Assembly (NCBI RefSeq): GCF_032444005.1
Contig: NC_091285.1
Span: forward strand, 13,144,001 to 13,208,000
Reading direction: 5' to 3'
Origin: Ranitomeya imitator
Lineage: Eukaryota
DNA: 64,000 nucleotides
A program made the position numbers and the translations under genes. The stretch's first letter is position 1. The number at the start of each line of letters is the position of its first letter. Below, in pieces: positions 27,470-42,902 of this stretch. The notes below the pieces were generated by a model. It did not search any database. It saw nothing but the letters and a program-made list of their open reading frames with translations, and was not told where the DNA came from.

Positions 27470-28130
27470 CCTGTACCAGGACAGGAAACTGATGTGAGGG
27501 ACAGGAGACGCAATTTTTAGCCTGAAGGTTTCCTGTCCTTGGTGGGCAGAGCCCCTCTCTCTGGTGTGGTTGTGTTGCAGTATTGGACTCCTGCCATAAG
27601 AGGTCACTGTTCCCTCTTTAATAGACTTTATGGCCGATCTGGTATTTTTTTAGTTTGAGCAGAGACCTGACAATGAAATCCTGAAGCTCAGAGTGTGCTC
27701 TGTGAAGGAAACTGATCAGAGTAGTGCAGAAAAGAGTAACTGTCCCTGTGCCTCCTGTTATAGAAAGATTCAGTTAGGGGGACAACTACGGTTGGATGTA
27801 GAGTTGGATTCTGCTGTGATGTGGAAGGCCTTCTGTTTTCCTATCAGGCTAAAACTACTCTCCAGGTGACAAGTCCAGGACCCACTCCTCAGCCTCCCAG
27901 CTAAACGGCCAAATGGACGAGCAGCCAGCCTCATCAGGGTCCAGGTTATGGCTGGTAGGTCCTAACCTCAGGCCCCACCACAAGGATCCCGGTGGGAGCG
28001 TGCACGCAGAATTTAGAGAGAGTTTGGCGCCAAACATAGATTCTCAGACAGAGACATTGTTTGGTAGTAGGACTGAGTGAACCAGAGCTTGATACTCACC
28101 CTATTATTGGGAGCTTATGTACAGATAGCC
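27470..28130. mobile_element. Possible DIRS-like remnant
   Basis: Inverted GGACAGGAAAC / GTTTCCTGTCC pair and a short degenerate Cys-containing frame. Resemblance only. Confidence 0.3.
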
Positions 28131-28134
28131 TTAA

Positions 28135-28517
28135 GGTACCTTCACACTGAACAACTTTCCAACGAGAACGACAACGATCCGTGACGTTGCAGCGTCCTGG
28201 ATAGCGATCTCATTGTGTTTGACACGCAGCAGCGATCAGGATCCCGCTATGACATCGCTGGTCGGAGCTGAAAGTCCAGAACTTTATTTGGTCGTTAGGT
28301 CGGCGTGATTCCTCCTTTTTTTGACAGCAAAAGCAACAATGCCTGCAATGTTTTTTCATGGAGCAACGACCAGCGAGAACGTTAAGTACGTCACTGGATC
28401 GCTCCTGCATCGTTCTGCTTTTGCTGTGTTTGACGTCTCCTAGCGACCTAAACAGCGACGCTGCAGCGATCGGCATTGTTGTCTATATCGCTGCAGCGTC
28501 GCTAATGTAACGGTACC
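28135..28517. mobile_element. MITE, GGTACC-TIR family
   Basis: TTAA on both sides; termini GGTACCTTCACAC / ATGTAACGGTACC. Confidence 0.85.
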
Positions 28518-29137
28518 TTAACAGAATTGTAATCTTAGAGAATTGTTATGTTTGTGAACCTCTGCGCTGCCGCCTGTTGCACTCATCTAATTACACCCTT
28601 GCTCCTGGGTAACTCTTGGTGCGTACAGCAGGATCTAAAATTGCCACTGTGTGTAAACAGCAACTAATTTTCAGCTGCGTTTTACACCACCAGCAAAGCC
28701 TATGAGATTTCAGAAATCTCATCCACACACATTGGTCTATTTTGTCATCAGTAATTTGTGCTTTTCACGTTTTTTTCGACATAGAGTGTGTCACTTCTTT
28801 CAGCGTTTTTCACCCCTGGACTTGAATGGGTAGTGAAAAAACGCACCAAAACAACAGATACCATGTTTTCCTGCGTTTTTTGTGCCAAAACCTGATTCTA
28901 AAGAATAGGACTTTTCTTTTTCATCACTAAACTTTATCAGCATGCACAAAAGACAAAGCTAGCATGCCAAAATCGCCACAAAAAAACGTGTCAAAAACAT
29001 TTTTTTTCCTGCAGCTTCTTTTTTTTTTCGCCAAGAGATCAGATTTTGCTGCAGAAAGAAAAATGCTGAAAAAACGCCTAGTGTGAACTTTCCCTTAGAG
29101 CGCTGTGATCGGTCAATCTGTCATCGCAGTTATTCAA

Positions 29138-29459
29138 GATTCCTCCAGAAGCGGGGAAGGTGATCTGGCCCTATAACGGCTGCCTTACCTAAGCCCCAAG
29201 ACTCCATCCCTGATAAGGGCAGTCCACATCTGCCACAACACAGGAGTGTTTCTTTTTGTTTGCCCATGTGTGCTACAGGTCTCCTGAAGAAACATTTGAT
29301 GAAACGCGTTGGGACGCACAGGGAGTGTGCAGGGCCTCCATTGTAAGGGTCAGATGTGGACTGCCCATGTCAGGGCGAGAGTCTTGGGGCTTAGGTTAGG
29401 ACAGCAGTTATAGGGTTTTATAGGGCCAGACTACCTTCACCGCCTCTCCAAGAGGAATC
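29138..29459. repeat. Foldback element with a hammerhead-like motif in its loop
   Basis: Perfect inverted arms at 29187-29204/29379-29396 and 29217-29232/29351-29366. The centre reads GTCTC-CTGAAGA...GAAACGCGTT-GGGAC. Confidence 0.75.
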
Positions 29460-29939
29460 GCATTCTCCTTAGTGTGACACGTGGTACACAGTGCTATGTG
29501 GAGGGTGTATAGTACATGGTGGCATACAGCACAATATGGGGTGTGTATACATTTGGATATCTCCCCCATATACACCATACTGTGCCACCACAGGGTATGT
29601 GAGGACAGTGCAGTAACATAGGGTCATACTGCAGTGCACTAGTGCTGCCACCAGGAGCGGCATCTGCCCACAATACACGGTGCCCATCAAAGGTCACAAA
29701 TATAAACGTGGTCACCTTACTGTGGGTTTATTACGCACACCTCGCACTGCAGGACATGAAGGTTGGAGGAGAGGAGGGTGTAAGACCTGATTCTGGACCA
29801 GTAAGTGCCAGTCACCGCAGGTTAAATCATCAGTCCCACTGTGCCAACCCAATAGTGACAGGATTATATCCACTGCCAGGTATAACTCTTGTAAACTCTG
29901 AGTTTCTGCCAAATAACAGATCTGTACATACAGAACATC

Positions 29940-30030
29940 ACACCAGAGATCAGCGGCGTTAGCTCTTGTGGTGACGGTGTGGGTGGCTCTTAGAAGAGCC
30001 TTTGTGTTGTGTGGATGATACAGGATCAGT
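29940..30030 (-). pseudogene. Orphan H2A 3' UTR, stem-loop (29985-30000) and HDE with no coding region
   Basis: Near-identical to the H2A 3' ends at about 31480-31565 and 41668-41760; similarity stops a few nt before the stop codon position. Confidence 0.9.
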
Positions 30031-30036
30031 GACAAC

Positions 30037-30793
30037 TAGTGTTGAGCGATACCGTCCGATACTTGAAAGTATCGGTATCGGATAGTATCGGCCGATACCC
30101 GAAAAATATCGGATATCGCCGATACCGATATCAATACAAGTCAATGGGACATCAAGTATCGGAAGGTATTCTCATGGTTCCCAGGGTCTGAAGGAGAGGA
30201 AACTCTCCTTCAGGCCCTGGGATCCATAGGGATGTGTAAAATAAAGAATTAAAATAAAAAATATTGATATGCTCAAATCTCCGGCGGCCCCTGGACTTCA
30301 CGCTGCTAACCGGGAGGCTTCTTTGTTTAAAAAGCGCGCCTTTCGGACCTGTGAATGACGTCCCGGCTCCTGATTGGTCGCGTGCCGCCCATGTGACCGG
30401 CACGCGACCAATCAGAAGCCGCGACGTCATTCGCAGGTCCTCAATTCCTAGAATTAGCAGTTTTGTGAATGAGAATGACGTCGCGGCTTCTGATTGGTCG
30501 CGTGCCGGTCACATGGGCGGCACGCGACCAATCAGAAGCCGGGACGTCATTCACAGGTCCGAAAGGCGCGCTTTTTAAACAAAGAAGCCTCCCGGGTAGC
30601 AGCGTGAAGTCCAGGGGCCGCCGGAGAGGTGAGCATATCAATATTTTTTATTTTAATTCTTTATTTTACACATCCCTATTGATCCGATACCGATACCCGA
30701 TATCACAAAAATATCGGATCTCGGTATCGGAATTCCGATACCGCAAGTATCGGCCGATACCCGATACTTGCGGTATCGGAATGCTCAACACTA
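30037..30793. mobile_element. hAT-type MITE
   Basis: TIR TAGTGTTGAGC / GCTCAACACTA; perfect 8-bp TSD GTGACAAC. Confidence 0.93.
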
Positions 30794-31567
30794 GTGACAA
30801 CAAAACGTATGGACAGAATATAAAGTACTATATGGGGGAATATTCATCAGGATATGGATGGTATACAGCGGTATTTTGTGGTTTACAGCAATATATGGGT
30901 GGAAGGTATGAGCATTGTTGTGGCAGCCCCTTCCAAAGAGCTAATTTCAGCTGAGATATTAACCATCTCCAGATCTGCCATTGATATAAAAATAAAATGA
31001 AATAAAATAAATACGATGCAACAGAGGGAAGAAAATACACACAGCCAGTGTCTGCCCGTGTACAATTCTTGTCTGGTTCTCAGAAGCCCAGTCACAAGTC
31101 TGTATTACAACTAGAGAGATAAGAAAGTGGGAATGGCTTCTTACATTACCTAAGAAAAGACTTTAGTTGGCAAATTATTTTCAAACCAGTTCTACCGATC
31201 TTACTATAGGTTCCGAGACAAAGGATTGTTTAATACAGACCCCTCTATATGAGACAACGCCGTGTGTTATTGCTTTTATGAATAACCCTTACAAAGCCAA
31301 TACTAAAATACAGAATTCACAAAGGTATATATAGGTAGAATTGTCCAAAATAATAATCAAAGCAAAGTATATTTACCATAACAGCACTATATAAAGTGTG
31401 CCTGTACTTAGGAAATCCCATCACTATATGTTGGCATTATCTATCATCAGCATTCTGTGTAAAAAAAAAATACACTAGAGATCAGCGGCGTCAGCTCTTG
31501 TGATGACGGTGTGGGTGGCTCTTAGAAGAGCCTTTGGGTTGTGTGGATGATACGGGGTCAGTGTCGC

Positions 31568-32023
<456 letters not shown>

Positions 32024-32265
32024 TTATAACCTGCTGCTCCCCCGCCTCCTCTCCTGCCATTGGCTGAATCTGAAGTCACCAATGCAAACAAGACTTGTGG
32101 AAACACCAATGGGCTGCAGAGGGCGGGTATTATTGCATCTACTCTACTCACTTGACTTTCTCACCCAATAGAACAGCGATCTGACAGCATTGCTCATTTG
32201 CATGGCCGGTCTATAAATACGGCCGCTCTGGGAGGAGCAGGATCATTATTTTCTTTTTCCAGTGA

Positions 32266-32667
<402 letters not shown>

Positions 32668-34083
32668 TCTGCTCCGTGCTCTGCACCCACAACCCAAAGG
32701 CTCTTCTAAGAGCCACCCACCCCGTCTACATCAGAGCTGTGGCTGCTTTTGTTCTACTCTTTTCAATGGGGAACATGTGGCTGCACTGACCGGCATCTCA
32801 TTAGTTCAGAGGCTCAGATGAGGGTTTGTTTCTATCCTTAGAGCACAAGTTGGGATGGAGATTAGAGGAAGGTGATATAAAGATGAGGAGAATGATGATG
32901 TTGATAGTGATCTATAGAGCGGATGTGGAATGCTGGGAATGGTCTGGCCATAAAGGGGCAGATGCCGGCCACCATTGATGCCCTATTGCACTTCAGTCTC
33001 TGAATCCTGTTCTCCCAGAGTGCGGAGTCCTAGTTCTCTGGTTACGTTGTTCTGCTGACAATAGGTGGAGATGGGCTGTTTTAAGGGCTTTCAGTGTCAG
33101 TGATGATTTCAGCAGTTTCTATTAAATCTCATTGGAGCTGTGTTCTCGCTGATATTCCTGATATTACACACCCTCTGCTCTGCAAACAGCTGAAGGCACA
33201 TGGTCAATAAGCTCCTAAAGAATGATCTATTTGTAGGTCTGAATCTCACATTAATGGAGCAGTAGTGTTGTGACACAGGCACTGCTGCTACGTGAGCAGA
33301 GCGCAATACGGAGGGTATAAAGCACTTTGAGGGTTTATAGCACTACATGGAGGAATACAGTAGTATATAATAATTTACGTAGCGCCAACATATTGGACAT
33401 GGACATTTCTCCAAGCATCCCCCAACCTTGAAGAACAAGTTCTGGACTCTGTATGACGGCAGGCCGTATCCATTGTGCTTGTCAGGATCACCCTGAATAC
33501 TTACAATTAATTTGCATACTTGTCTATATAATCCTGTGTGAGTCTAAATAAGAAGAAATTAACATTATGCACAAAATAGAAAAAAGCTGAATCCTCACAA
33601 TAGCCTTTATTTCCATATATACAGAGGCGCTGGGAGCTGCACACTCTATTCCAAATGAAAACAAAGACAAAATATCAGTTTTTAAGCTGAAAATGAAGAA
33701 GGAATAATCAGATGCTCAAAAAATACCAGTGTGTGCAATTTCATTTACAAACTTGAATATTTACAGCATAAACTGAAATTACAGGGTCTGTGCACACGTT
33801 GCAGATTTGCCTGTGGAATGTTCTGTGCAGATTCTTCTCTCTCTTGCCAGAAAACGCTGCATTTTTGCTGTGTTTTTTTATGCGTTTTTTTTTTCATGCG
33901 GATTTGTATTCGTTTTTGAAAGCTAAATACAGATCTATTATTGAACAAAAAAAAAATGTCATTTCTGGTCCAACCCACACTCCATTACACACACAGATAG
34001 ACAAGATAGATAAATAGAAGGAATGAGATAGATCTACAGATAGATATATATGTCGATCTATCGATAGAAAAAAATTTGCTTTA

Positions 34084-34279
34084 GGCCGGGGTCACGATTT
34101 ATGAGAAACTCGCACAAGTCTCGCACCTCAATACCCGGCACTGCCGCCGGCATTTGGACAGGAGCGTCCAGCTGCATAGAAATGCATGGAGCCACACAGT
34201 CCGGTCCAGAGTGTCAGCTGCAGTGTCGGGTATTGAGGCGAGAGACTCGTGCAAGTTTCTTGCAAGTGTGACCCCGGCC
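34084..34279. mobile_element. PIF/Harbinger-type MITE
   Basis: TIR GGCCGGGGTCAC / GTGACCCCGGCC; TSD TTA on both sides. Confidence 0.85.
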
Positions 34280-35803
34280 TTAAACACAATATCTGTTTAA
34301 TTTGTTTAAAAAATTGGCGTGGGCTCCCGTGCAATTTTCAAGTCCAGAGTGGGAAAGCCAGCGGCTGGGGTCGGTGTTTATAGCCTAGGAAGCAGGTAAT
34401 ACCCATGGCCCCCTCCCAGGCTATGAATATCATCCCACAGCTGTCTGCATGGCCATTACTGGCTATTGAAATAGGGGGACCCCCCAAAAAAATGATGTGG
34501 GGTCCCCCTATATTTTATAGCCAGAAAGGCTACGCAGACAGCTGCGGGCTGATATTCATAGCCTAGAGAGGAGCCATGGATATTGCCCCCCTGCTGCAAA
34601 TACCAGCCCACAACCACCCCAGAAACAGCAAATCTGTAAGATGCGCCAATTTTGGCACTTAGCTCCTCTCTTCCCACTGCCCTGTAGCGGTGGGATATGG
34701 GGTAATAAGGGGTTAATGTCACCTTTGTATTGTAAGGTGACATTAAGCCCGGATAATAATGGAGAGGCATCAATAAGAAACCTATATATTACTAATCCTA
34801 TAGTAGTGAAAGAGTTAAAAAAAAACCCCAGCCAGAAATTTTTTTTTGTAATATTCTTAATTTCACCATACTTACCATACTCAATTGCCTGCAACAAAAT
34901 AATAAACCAACCGTATACTCCCTGTCCGACGCAGTTCAATTAATATCGAGTGTCCCACGACGATCTCCCCTATAGAACAGTGATATCGGGTGATGTCAGT
35001 GCTCTATAGGCCTCCAGTGACGCACGACAAGAGACAATGGCTCCTGCAGTGCATCACTGAAGAGGTTACTTTAGTTCATTGCTCTCACTTTATGGCAATG
35101 CTGTGTGGGAAATTTCCCACACAGCAGTGCCGCAAGTGACAGTATGAACAACACTGTACTCACAGCGGTGGAGGGATACAGTGCGGAAGGATACCTTGAG
35201 TCATTGTATCCCGGATCCCCTGGAGAGTGGTGGCATCTACCGATGTGACAGATCTCCTTGGGAGATCATCGTGGGACACTCGTTATTAAAAGGATTACTG
35301 CAGATCAGGGAGTATATTGTTGGTTTATTATTGTAATATTTTATAACAGGTAATCTATGGCTTCTGGGACAAGGTGATTGATGAGTATGTACTCTATGTT
35401 GTATGTTCTGTATGTGTTTTTTTTTTTTTTTTACACTTGAACACAGTAGCCTGATGATAGGACTATACTGTCCCATTATCCGACTAGCTGTCACTGTAGC
35501 AGGCATAGCTGGATGGGACTAGTAGTAGTAGTAGTCCCATCGGCTGCCTACTTACAGCCTCGCACACACACAGCTCTGCACACACCCACACACAGCCCCG
35601 CGATCCCCGCAGTCACACACACACAGCCCCGCGATCCCCGCACAGCCCTGCAGACCCCCGCAGTCACACACAAACACCCGCACACACACACATCTTCACC
35701 GCACAGTCTCCGCCCACACACTCTTCCCCCTCCCGATCTGCAGCGTTTCTCGCACCCAACTCCGCAGCATAAATATGTGATTCTTCAGAAATTCTTTTTG
35801 TCT

Positions 35804-35844
35804 TTGCCTGATGAAGAGACCTGTGTAGTCTCGAAAGCTTGCAA
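35804..35844 (+). ncRNA. Minimal type I hammerhead motif, Penelope-type
   Basis: TTGC-CTGATGA-A-GAGAC-ctgtgta-GTCTC-GAAA-GCT-T-GCAA. Stems I and II are perfect; stem III is the palindrome AGCT. Confidence 0.7.
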
Positions 35845-36197
35845 TTTGTTACCCTCTTTTCAGTTAGCCTCTGCTCCAGTGTTCTGCTGGTTGGAGCCAG
35901 AGATTGGCTGTTAATTTTCAGCAGAGTCTGCTGGTTCGGATTGGAGCTCTCTGCAATTTCTTGCTTATATTCCCCTGATATTACGCACCCTTCACTCCCC
36001 AGACCGGTGGAGGCTCCTGATCAATGATGAATTAAAGACTGATCTATTTCTAGGTCTGAATCTCACATTGTCATTAATGGAGAAACATGAACAAAGCACA
36101 GTATGGAGGGTATATAGCACTATATGGGGGTATACAGCAGGATATGAAGGGTATATAGCACTATATGGGGGTACACAGCAGGATATGAAGGGTATAG

Positions 36198-36685
36198 ACT
36201 TTTCCCGAATATCCCCCATCCAATGGAACTCTGTGCCCCAACACGTCCGACTATCAACCACAGTAGGATCCTTCAGACGGAACCTGAAAACTCATCTCTT
36301 CAGGAAAGCCTACAGCCTGCACTGACACCGCTGCTGCCTCACTATCGAAGCTACCGCCTCACCAACACCGGAGCTACAGCCTCACCAACACCGGAGCTAC
36401 CGCCTCACCAACACCGAAGCTACCGCCTCACCAACACCGGAGCTACCGCCTCACCAACACCGGAGCTACCGCCTCACCAACACCGGAGCTCCTGCAACCC
36501 TCAACCTACTGTCTCCTTCCCCATAATCCTGTAGAATGTAAGCACGCAAGGGCAGGGTCCTCGCCCCTCTGTATCAGTCCGTCATTGTTAGTTTGTTTAC
36601 TGTATGTGATATTTGTAACTTGTATGTAACCCCTTCTCATGTACAGCACCATGGAATCAATGGTGCTATATAAATAAATAATAAT
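36198..36685 (+). mobile_element. L2 LINE 3' end inserted in a minisatellite
   Basis: IQWNSVPQHVRLSTTVGSFRRNLKTHLFRKAYSLH* is an L2-type ORF2 C-terminus. The 3' UTR ends in AAATAAATAATAAT. Confidence 0.85.
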
Positions 36686-36689
36686 ATCT

Positions 36690-37620
36690 AGCATTATATG
36701 GGGGTACACAGCAGGATATGAAGGGTATATAACACTATATGGGGGGGTATACAGCAGGATATAGAGGGTATAAAGCACTATATGGGGGAATACAGCAGGC
36801 TATGGTGTATAGCACTATATGGGAGTACACAGCAGGATATGAAGGGTATATAATACTATATGGGGGTACACAGCAGGATATAGAGGGTATATAGCACTAT
36901 ATGGGGGTATAGAGCAGGATATGGAGGGTACATAACACTATATGGGGGTATACAGCAGGATATGGAGGGTATATAACTCTATATGGGGGGTATACAGCAG
37001 GATATAGAGGGTATATAGCATTATATGGGGGTACACAGCAGGATATGAAGGGTATATAGCACTATATGGGGGTACACAGCAGGATATGAAGGGTATATAG
37101 CACTATATGGGGATATTCAGCAGGATATAGAGGGTATATAGCATTATATGGGGGTATACAGCAGGATATGAAGGGTATATAGCACTATATGGGGGTACAC
37201 AGCAGGATATGAAGGGTATATAGCACTATATGGGGGTATACAGCAGGCTATGGAAGGTATATAGCACTATATGGGGGTATAGAGCATTATATGGGGGTAT
37301 ACAGCAGGATATGAAGGGTATATAACACTATATGGGGGTATACAGCAGGATATGAAGGGTATATAGCACTATATGGGGGTATACAGCAGGCTATGGAAGG
37401 TATATAGCACTATATGGGGGTATAGAGCATTATATGGGGGTATACAGCAGGATATGAAGGGTATATAACACTATATGGGGTATACAGCAGGATATAGAGA
37501 GTATATAGCACTATATGGGGGTACACAGCAGGATATGGAGAGTATATAGCACTATATGAATGAGGGTGTACAGCAGGATATGGAGGATATATAATGGCAC
37601 TATATGGGGGTATACAGCAT
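36690..37620. repeat. 41-bp spacer minisatellite; shorter arrays at about 44160-44375 and 61885-62115
   Basis: GGGTATATAGCACTATATGGGGGTACACAGCAGGATATGAA; period 41 (37031 to 37072). Confidence 0.93.
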
Positions 37621-37659
37621 ATACCCTTTGCTCCCCTGACCAATGATGATCTCAGTGAT

Positions 37660-38070
37660 TTCTCAGTCTCACGTCGCCATTGTTCCGAGCAGGAGGACTC
37701 GGGTCTGTGACTAGATGTAACGTCCTCGCGATAAAAGCGGGAAAATGACAGGAAAAAGTGCGGGAAATTCAAAATCCCCAACAGTTCTGTGCTCCGCCCA
37801 CATGTGAGGAGAAGCCGCGGCTCCTTCTGCTGGGGGAGGGGCTGGTGATCGCCCGGTGCCCGGATGGCTGCAGTCTGCTCTGCGGGAGATGGAAACATCG
37901 GATAACAAAGGGTTAACAGCAAGCGTCTGCGGGAAGCGACTCTGTGGGCGGAGCCATAGCCCTACTGAGTGCTGATTGGCTGAGCGCTGAATATGAAATT
38001 CCCGCCCAACGGCTGATAGTTTCTCCCGCTCTTTGTTCTCCTCAGTAACACGTGGTGCAGAGCGCTGTAT
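37660..38070. promoter_or_regulatory. CpG-rich promoter-like block; copies at 44390-44815 and 62130-62560
   Basis: Several GCGGGAAA/TTCCCGC E2F-like sites, an adjacent TTCAAA (CHR-like), a GC box, a CCAAT box and CACGTG. No linked gene found. Confidence 0.55.
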
Positions 38071-38439
38071 GGAGGGAGGGAAATGATATATGGCCGTATA
38101 CAGCGCTATATGGAGGGTGTATGGTACTATTTGGGCATAGACCGCATCACAGGGAGGAATACAGCACGATATACAGTGTATGAGGCATTATATCCTGTCA
38201 CACAGCACTATATGGGGTGTGACACTATCTGGTGATATATAGCACCATAGATGGGGTATTCAGCACTATATGGCCATATATAGCACAATATTAATGCTGA
38301 GGGCGGACACAGCGCTATTTCCAGGGTATATAGTGATATTCTTCACTATATGTGGACATAGTCACAGATAAGGGGGAATGGGAAAGAGTCCGCTCACCCC
38401 AGTGGCAGCACGGAGAAGCCTGGAACCAGCAGAGGCAAA

Positions 38440-38697
38440 ACAGAGGAACGAAAATCCAGCGAGGCCGGAGGTGTGTACGATAAAATCCACATGTATTATA
38501 GAAAGATGAATGAGAAGTGCCCGACAGATCCAGTGTGACCGAGTCCTGCGCCTTCCAGCTCTTCGGGGCCTCAGTCAGGTCACTTATCTTGGGTCTCAGT
38601 CACACTGGATCTGTCGGGCACTTTTAATACAATTTTCTACAATAAATTTGGATGTTATTGTACATGGCTGCCGCCTCAATGGTTTTTTGTTCCTCTA
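38440..38697. repeat. Foldback of about 260 bp in the histone repeat spacer; copies near 47255-47510 and 62955-63205
   Basis: Perfect 25-bp arms at 38515-38539 and 38599-38623, with imperfect outer arms. Confidence 0.85.
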
Positions 38698-39373
38698 TAT
38701 GTGGAAAAAACACTATTTTGATGTACACATCAGTATATAGCGCTATATGGAGGGTTTCAGCTCTATATGTATCTATGCGGCACAATTTGGAGAATATAAA
38801 ACATTACACGGACGTATACAGAACTATATGTTGATATATAGCCCAATACTGAGGTTCAGAGCACTATATGGAGATATGTGATAAAGACAAGGAGCCTCAC
38901 CTTAAAAATGAGCAGTAGCTGCCCCGTCCTTTTACTGTAAACAATATCTATAACTCTGTACGTAACCCCCTTCTCATGTACAGCACCATGGAATTAATGG
39001 TGCTATATAAATAAATAATATATTAGGGCAGAGCATTCGTGTTACTGACAGGTGAGCATTTCCCTCACATCCTGTGTCTAGATGTGAGGATTGGGGGGAT
39101 CTAGGGTGATGATGAGGGGGCTCCACTATACAGCGCAGTGTACGGGGATATGGAAGTACAGCGCCATCAGAGGCCGCTGCTGCAGAAGCCTCGTGTAGAC
39201 ATGATGTGACCCTTCCTGCATTATCGCAGCCCGTAACCAGTGTGAACAGTGGAGACCCAGCAGCACTTCATGCAGGGGGGACCAGCAAGATTACTGGGAG
39301 TTGTGCTGAGCTTCCCCTGCATAATGATTGGACGCAGACAACCAATGGAGTGTAGGGGGTGTGTTTGACATAA

Positions 39374-39865
<492 letters not shown>

Positions 39866-40329
39866 ATCTATCCCGGGCACCGAAGACAACACAACGGCTC
39901 TTCTCAGAGCCACCAAATCCTCCCACTAAGGAGCCAATTACTAAACTCTCCAGATCCTGCACTGGATCCTTTAATAGGTTTAGATGGGTTAAGTGAGTGT
40001 CCTTTCTGGAAACAAATCACATTTTAGTCAGTAAGTGATAAGCAAATGTGCTTGGATAAGGCATCATCTGAGCATGATCATGTGCTAGCGGTGTATTCAG
40101 CATGCTCGAAAAATATGTTGCAATCTCCGCGGCTGCATGTCTCGCTCCTGTTAGACAGCCGCAACACGTATCCGCTAGGACTCACCTATTTTTTTTGAGT
40201 ACGCCCTAAACACTGCTAGCAGCCTAGCACATGAGCATGCTCTCATCACTATGTAACATATGCGCCTCCATCAGTCTCAAGAGCGAAAAGGGTAATGTAA
40301 TATCAGTGCTAAAAAGTTCAATTCTTTTC

Positions 40330-41400
40330 CAAAAGGGAGCCCCGATTCCTGACTCCATTGCCACACACATTTAAAACATTGATTCCCAAAACAGGTAAGG
40401 ATAGACCGATTGCCCTTCTCAATTCAAATGTTAAAACATTTTCAAAAATTTTAGCAATGTGTCAATCTGTGGTTACCTTGTATGATCCACAAAGACCAAG
40501 TGGGATTTGTGCCTTTTAGACAAGGGGGAGACAACACCCGAAGGGCAGTCGATCTCATAGAAATACAAAAAAAAATCTTGGGAATCTACTCTAAGTTTGG
40601 ATGCTGAGAAGGTGTTTGATCTCCTTAGTTGACCCTTTATGCTTAAGGCCCTTGGGACATATGGCATAGTGGGCCCTTTTATGGATTATACTCTAGTCCC
40701 TCATGGCTCCTCTAAACCAATTAAGATTAAAAACTGCACCAGACAGGGGTGCCCACATTCCCCCTTACTTTTCATCCTTTGCATTGAGCCTATGGCTGCT
40801 GCTATCAGAGCATCACCAATTAGAGGTGTTTGGGTTAAAGATAAAAAATTCAAATGATCCTTTTTGCAGACCATATCCTCCTAACACTCACAAAGCCTCA
40901 CACATAGCTCCCCAACCAAGCAGTAATTTCAAATTTCATTATTGTGAGGCATCGCACCTCTGCACGATCCCATCCTGGTCTTCTAAACCTGCCTATATGA
41001 AATGGATGGAGACTGAAAAGTTCTGGTTAGCCCCAGCTCACCCCAACCCCCTGATCTGGAATGGGGCTTACAATCCTCCTTCAATAGACCTTTTAGGTCC
41101 AATAATGCACACTAGAAATATGAGGATCTGGTCAAAACAAATTTAAATCTGGCATCACTGAACTCCGCTCTTCCTTCCTTTTCCATTCAGATTTCCCTGG
41201 AAGTCTAAGCCACTCAATGACAGGGGTATGGACTCAGTCTGGTTTAACTTCGCCAACAAAGTTCTCTTTTAATTCAAAGGTCTACAGAGTCAGACCTCCA
41301 TTTCTACCTCCTTCAAGAGACCATGGAAGAATACTTCAATAACAAAAGGTTTAACCACCCCCGGGTTAGCCCCCCTTTTTGAGAAATCGGGTAAAAAATG
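40330..41400 (+). mobile_element. Degenerate L1-clade ORF2 (RT) relic, part of the repeat unit
   Basis: LIPKTGKDRPIALLNSNVKTFSKILA, LDAEKVFD and [24 protein letters not shown] motifs, with stops and deletions. Confidence 0.85.
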
Positions 41401-41762
41401 ATTCCATTCGTTAGATCTGGTTTCATCAACCAAAACTAAAGTTAGATCTCTCCTACAAAATATAATATTTATGATCTATTTCTGAGTCTGTTGGTTTGTG
41501 AGCTTTTACACTATATTTACAAGAATGTTTAACCGAATGTCAATTTACAGAATAATATTGGTTAGCCAGCTATAAATAAGTGGAAAATTTAAAATTGCTA
41601 AATTGTTCTCTCTTCCTGGAAAACTTAAAATTAAAATCAAAATTCCAATTTTTGTTACAAAAATTTCACACCAGAGATCAGCGGCGTCAGCTCTTGTGAT
41701 GACAGTGTGGGTGGCTCTTAGAAGAGCCTTTGGGTTGTGTAGATAGAAGGGATCAGTGTCGC

Positions 41763-42159
<397 letters not shown>

Positions 42160-42470
42160 CACTGAGCTCACAGTTATCAGCAGATAAAGAACTCTATTGT
42201 GTGGTGAGTGTGCCGCCTCCTGCGCCTTTTATAACCTACTGCTGCCCTGCCTCCTCTCCTGCCATTGGCTGAATCTGAAGTCACCAATAAAAACAAGACT
42301 TGTGGAAACACCAATGAGCTGCATCGGGTAGAGATAATGGGCATTTACATTGGTCACATGACTTTGTCACCCAATAGAATATTGAGCTGACAGCATTGCT
42401 CATTTGCATGGCCGGTCTATAAATACAGCCGCTCTGGGAGGAGCAGGATCATTATTTTCTTTTCCAGTGA

Positions 42471-42902
<432 letters not shown>

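Noticed and set aside
33095-33165. C/D box snoRNA candidate (GTGATGA...CTGA)
   Set aside because: There is no terminal stem, and paralogous spacers near 44000 and 61710 do not keep the boxes.
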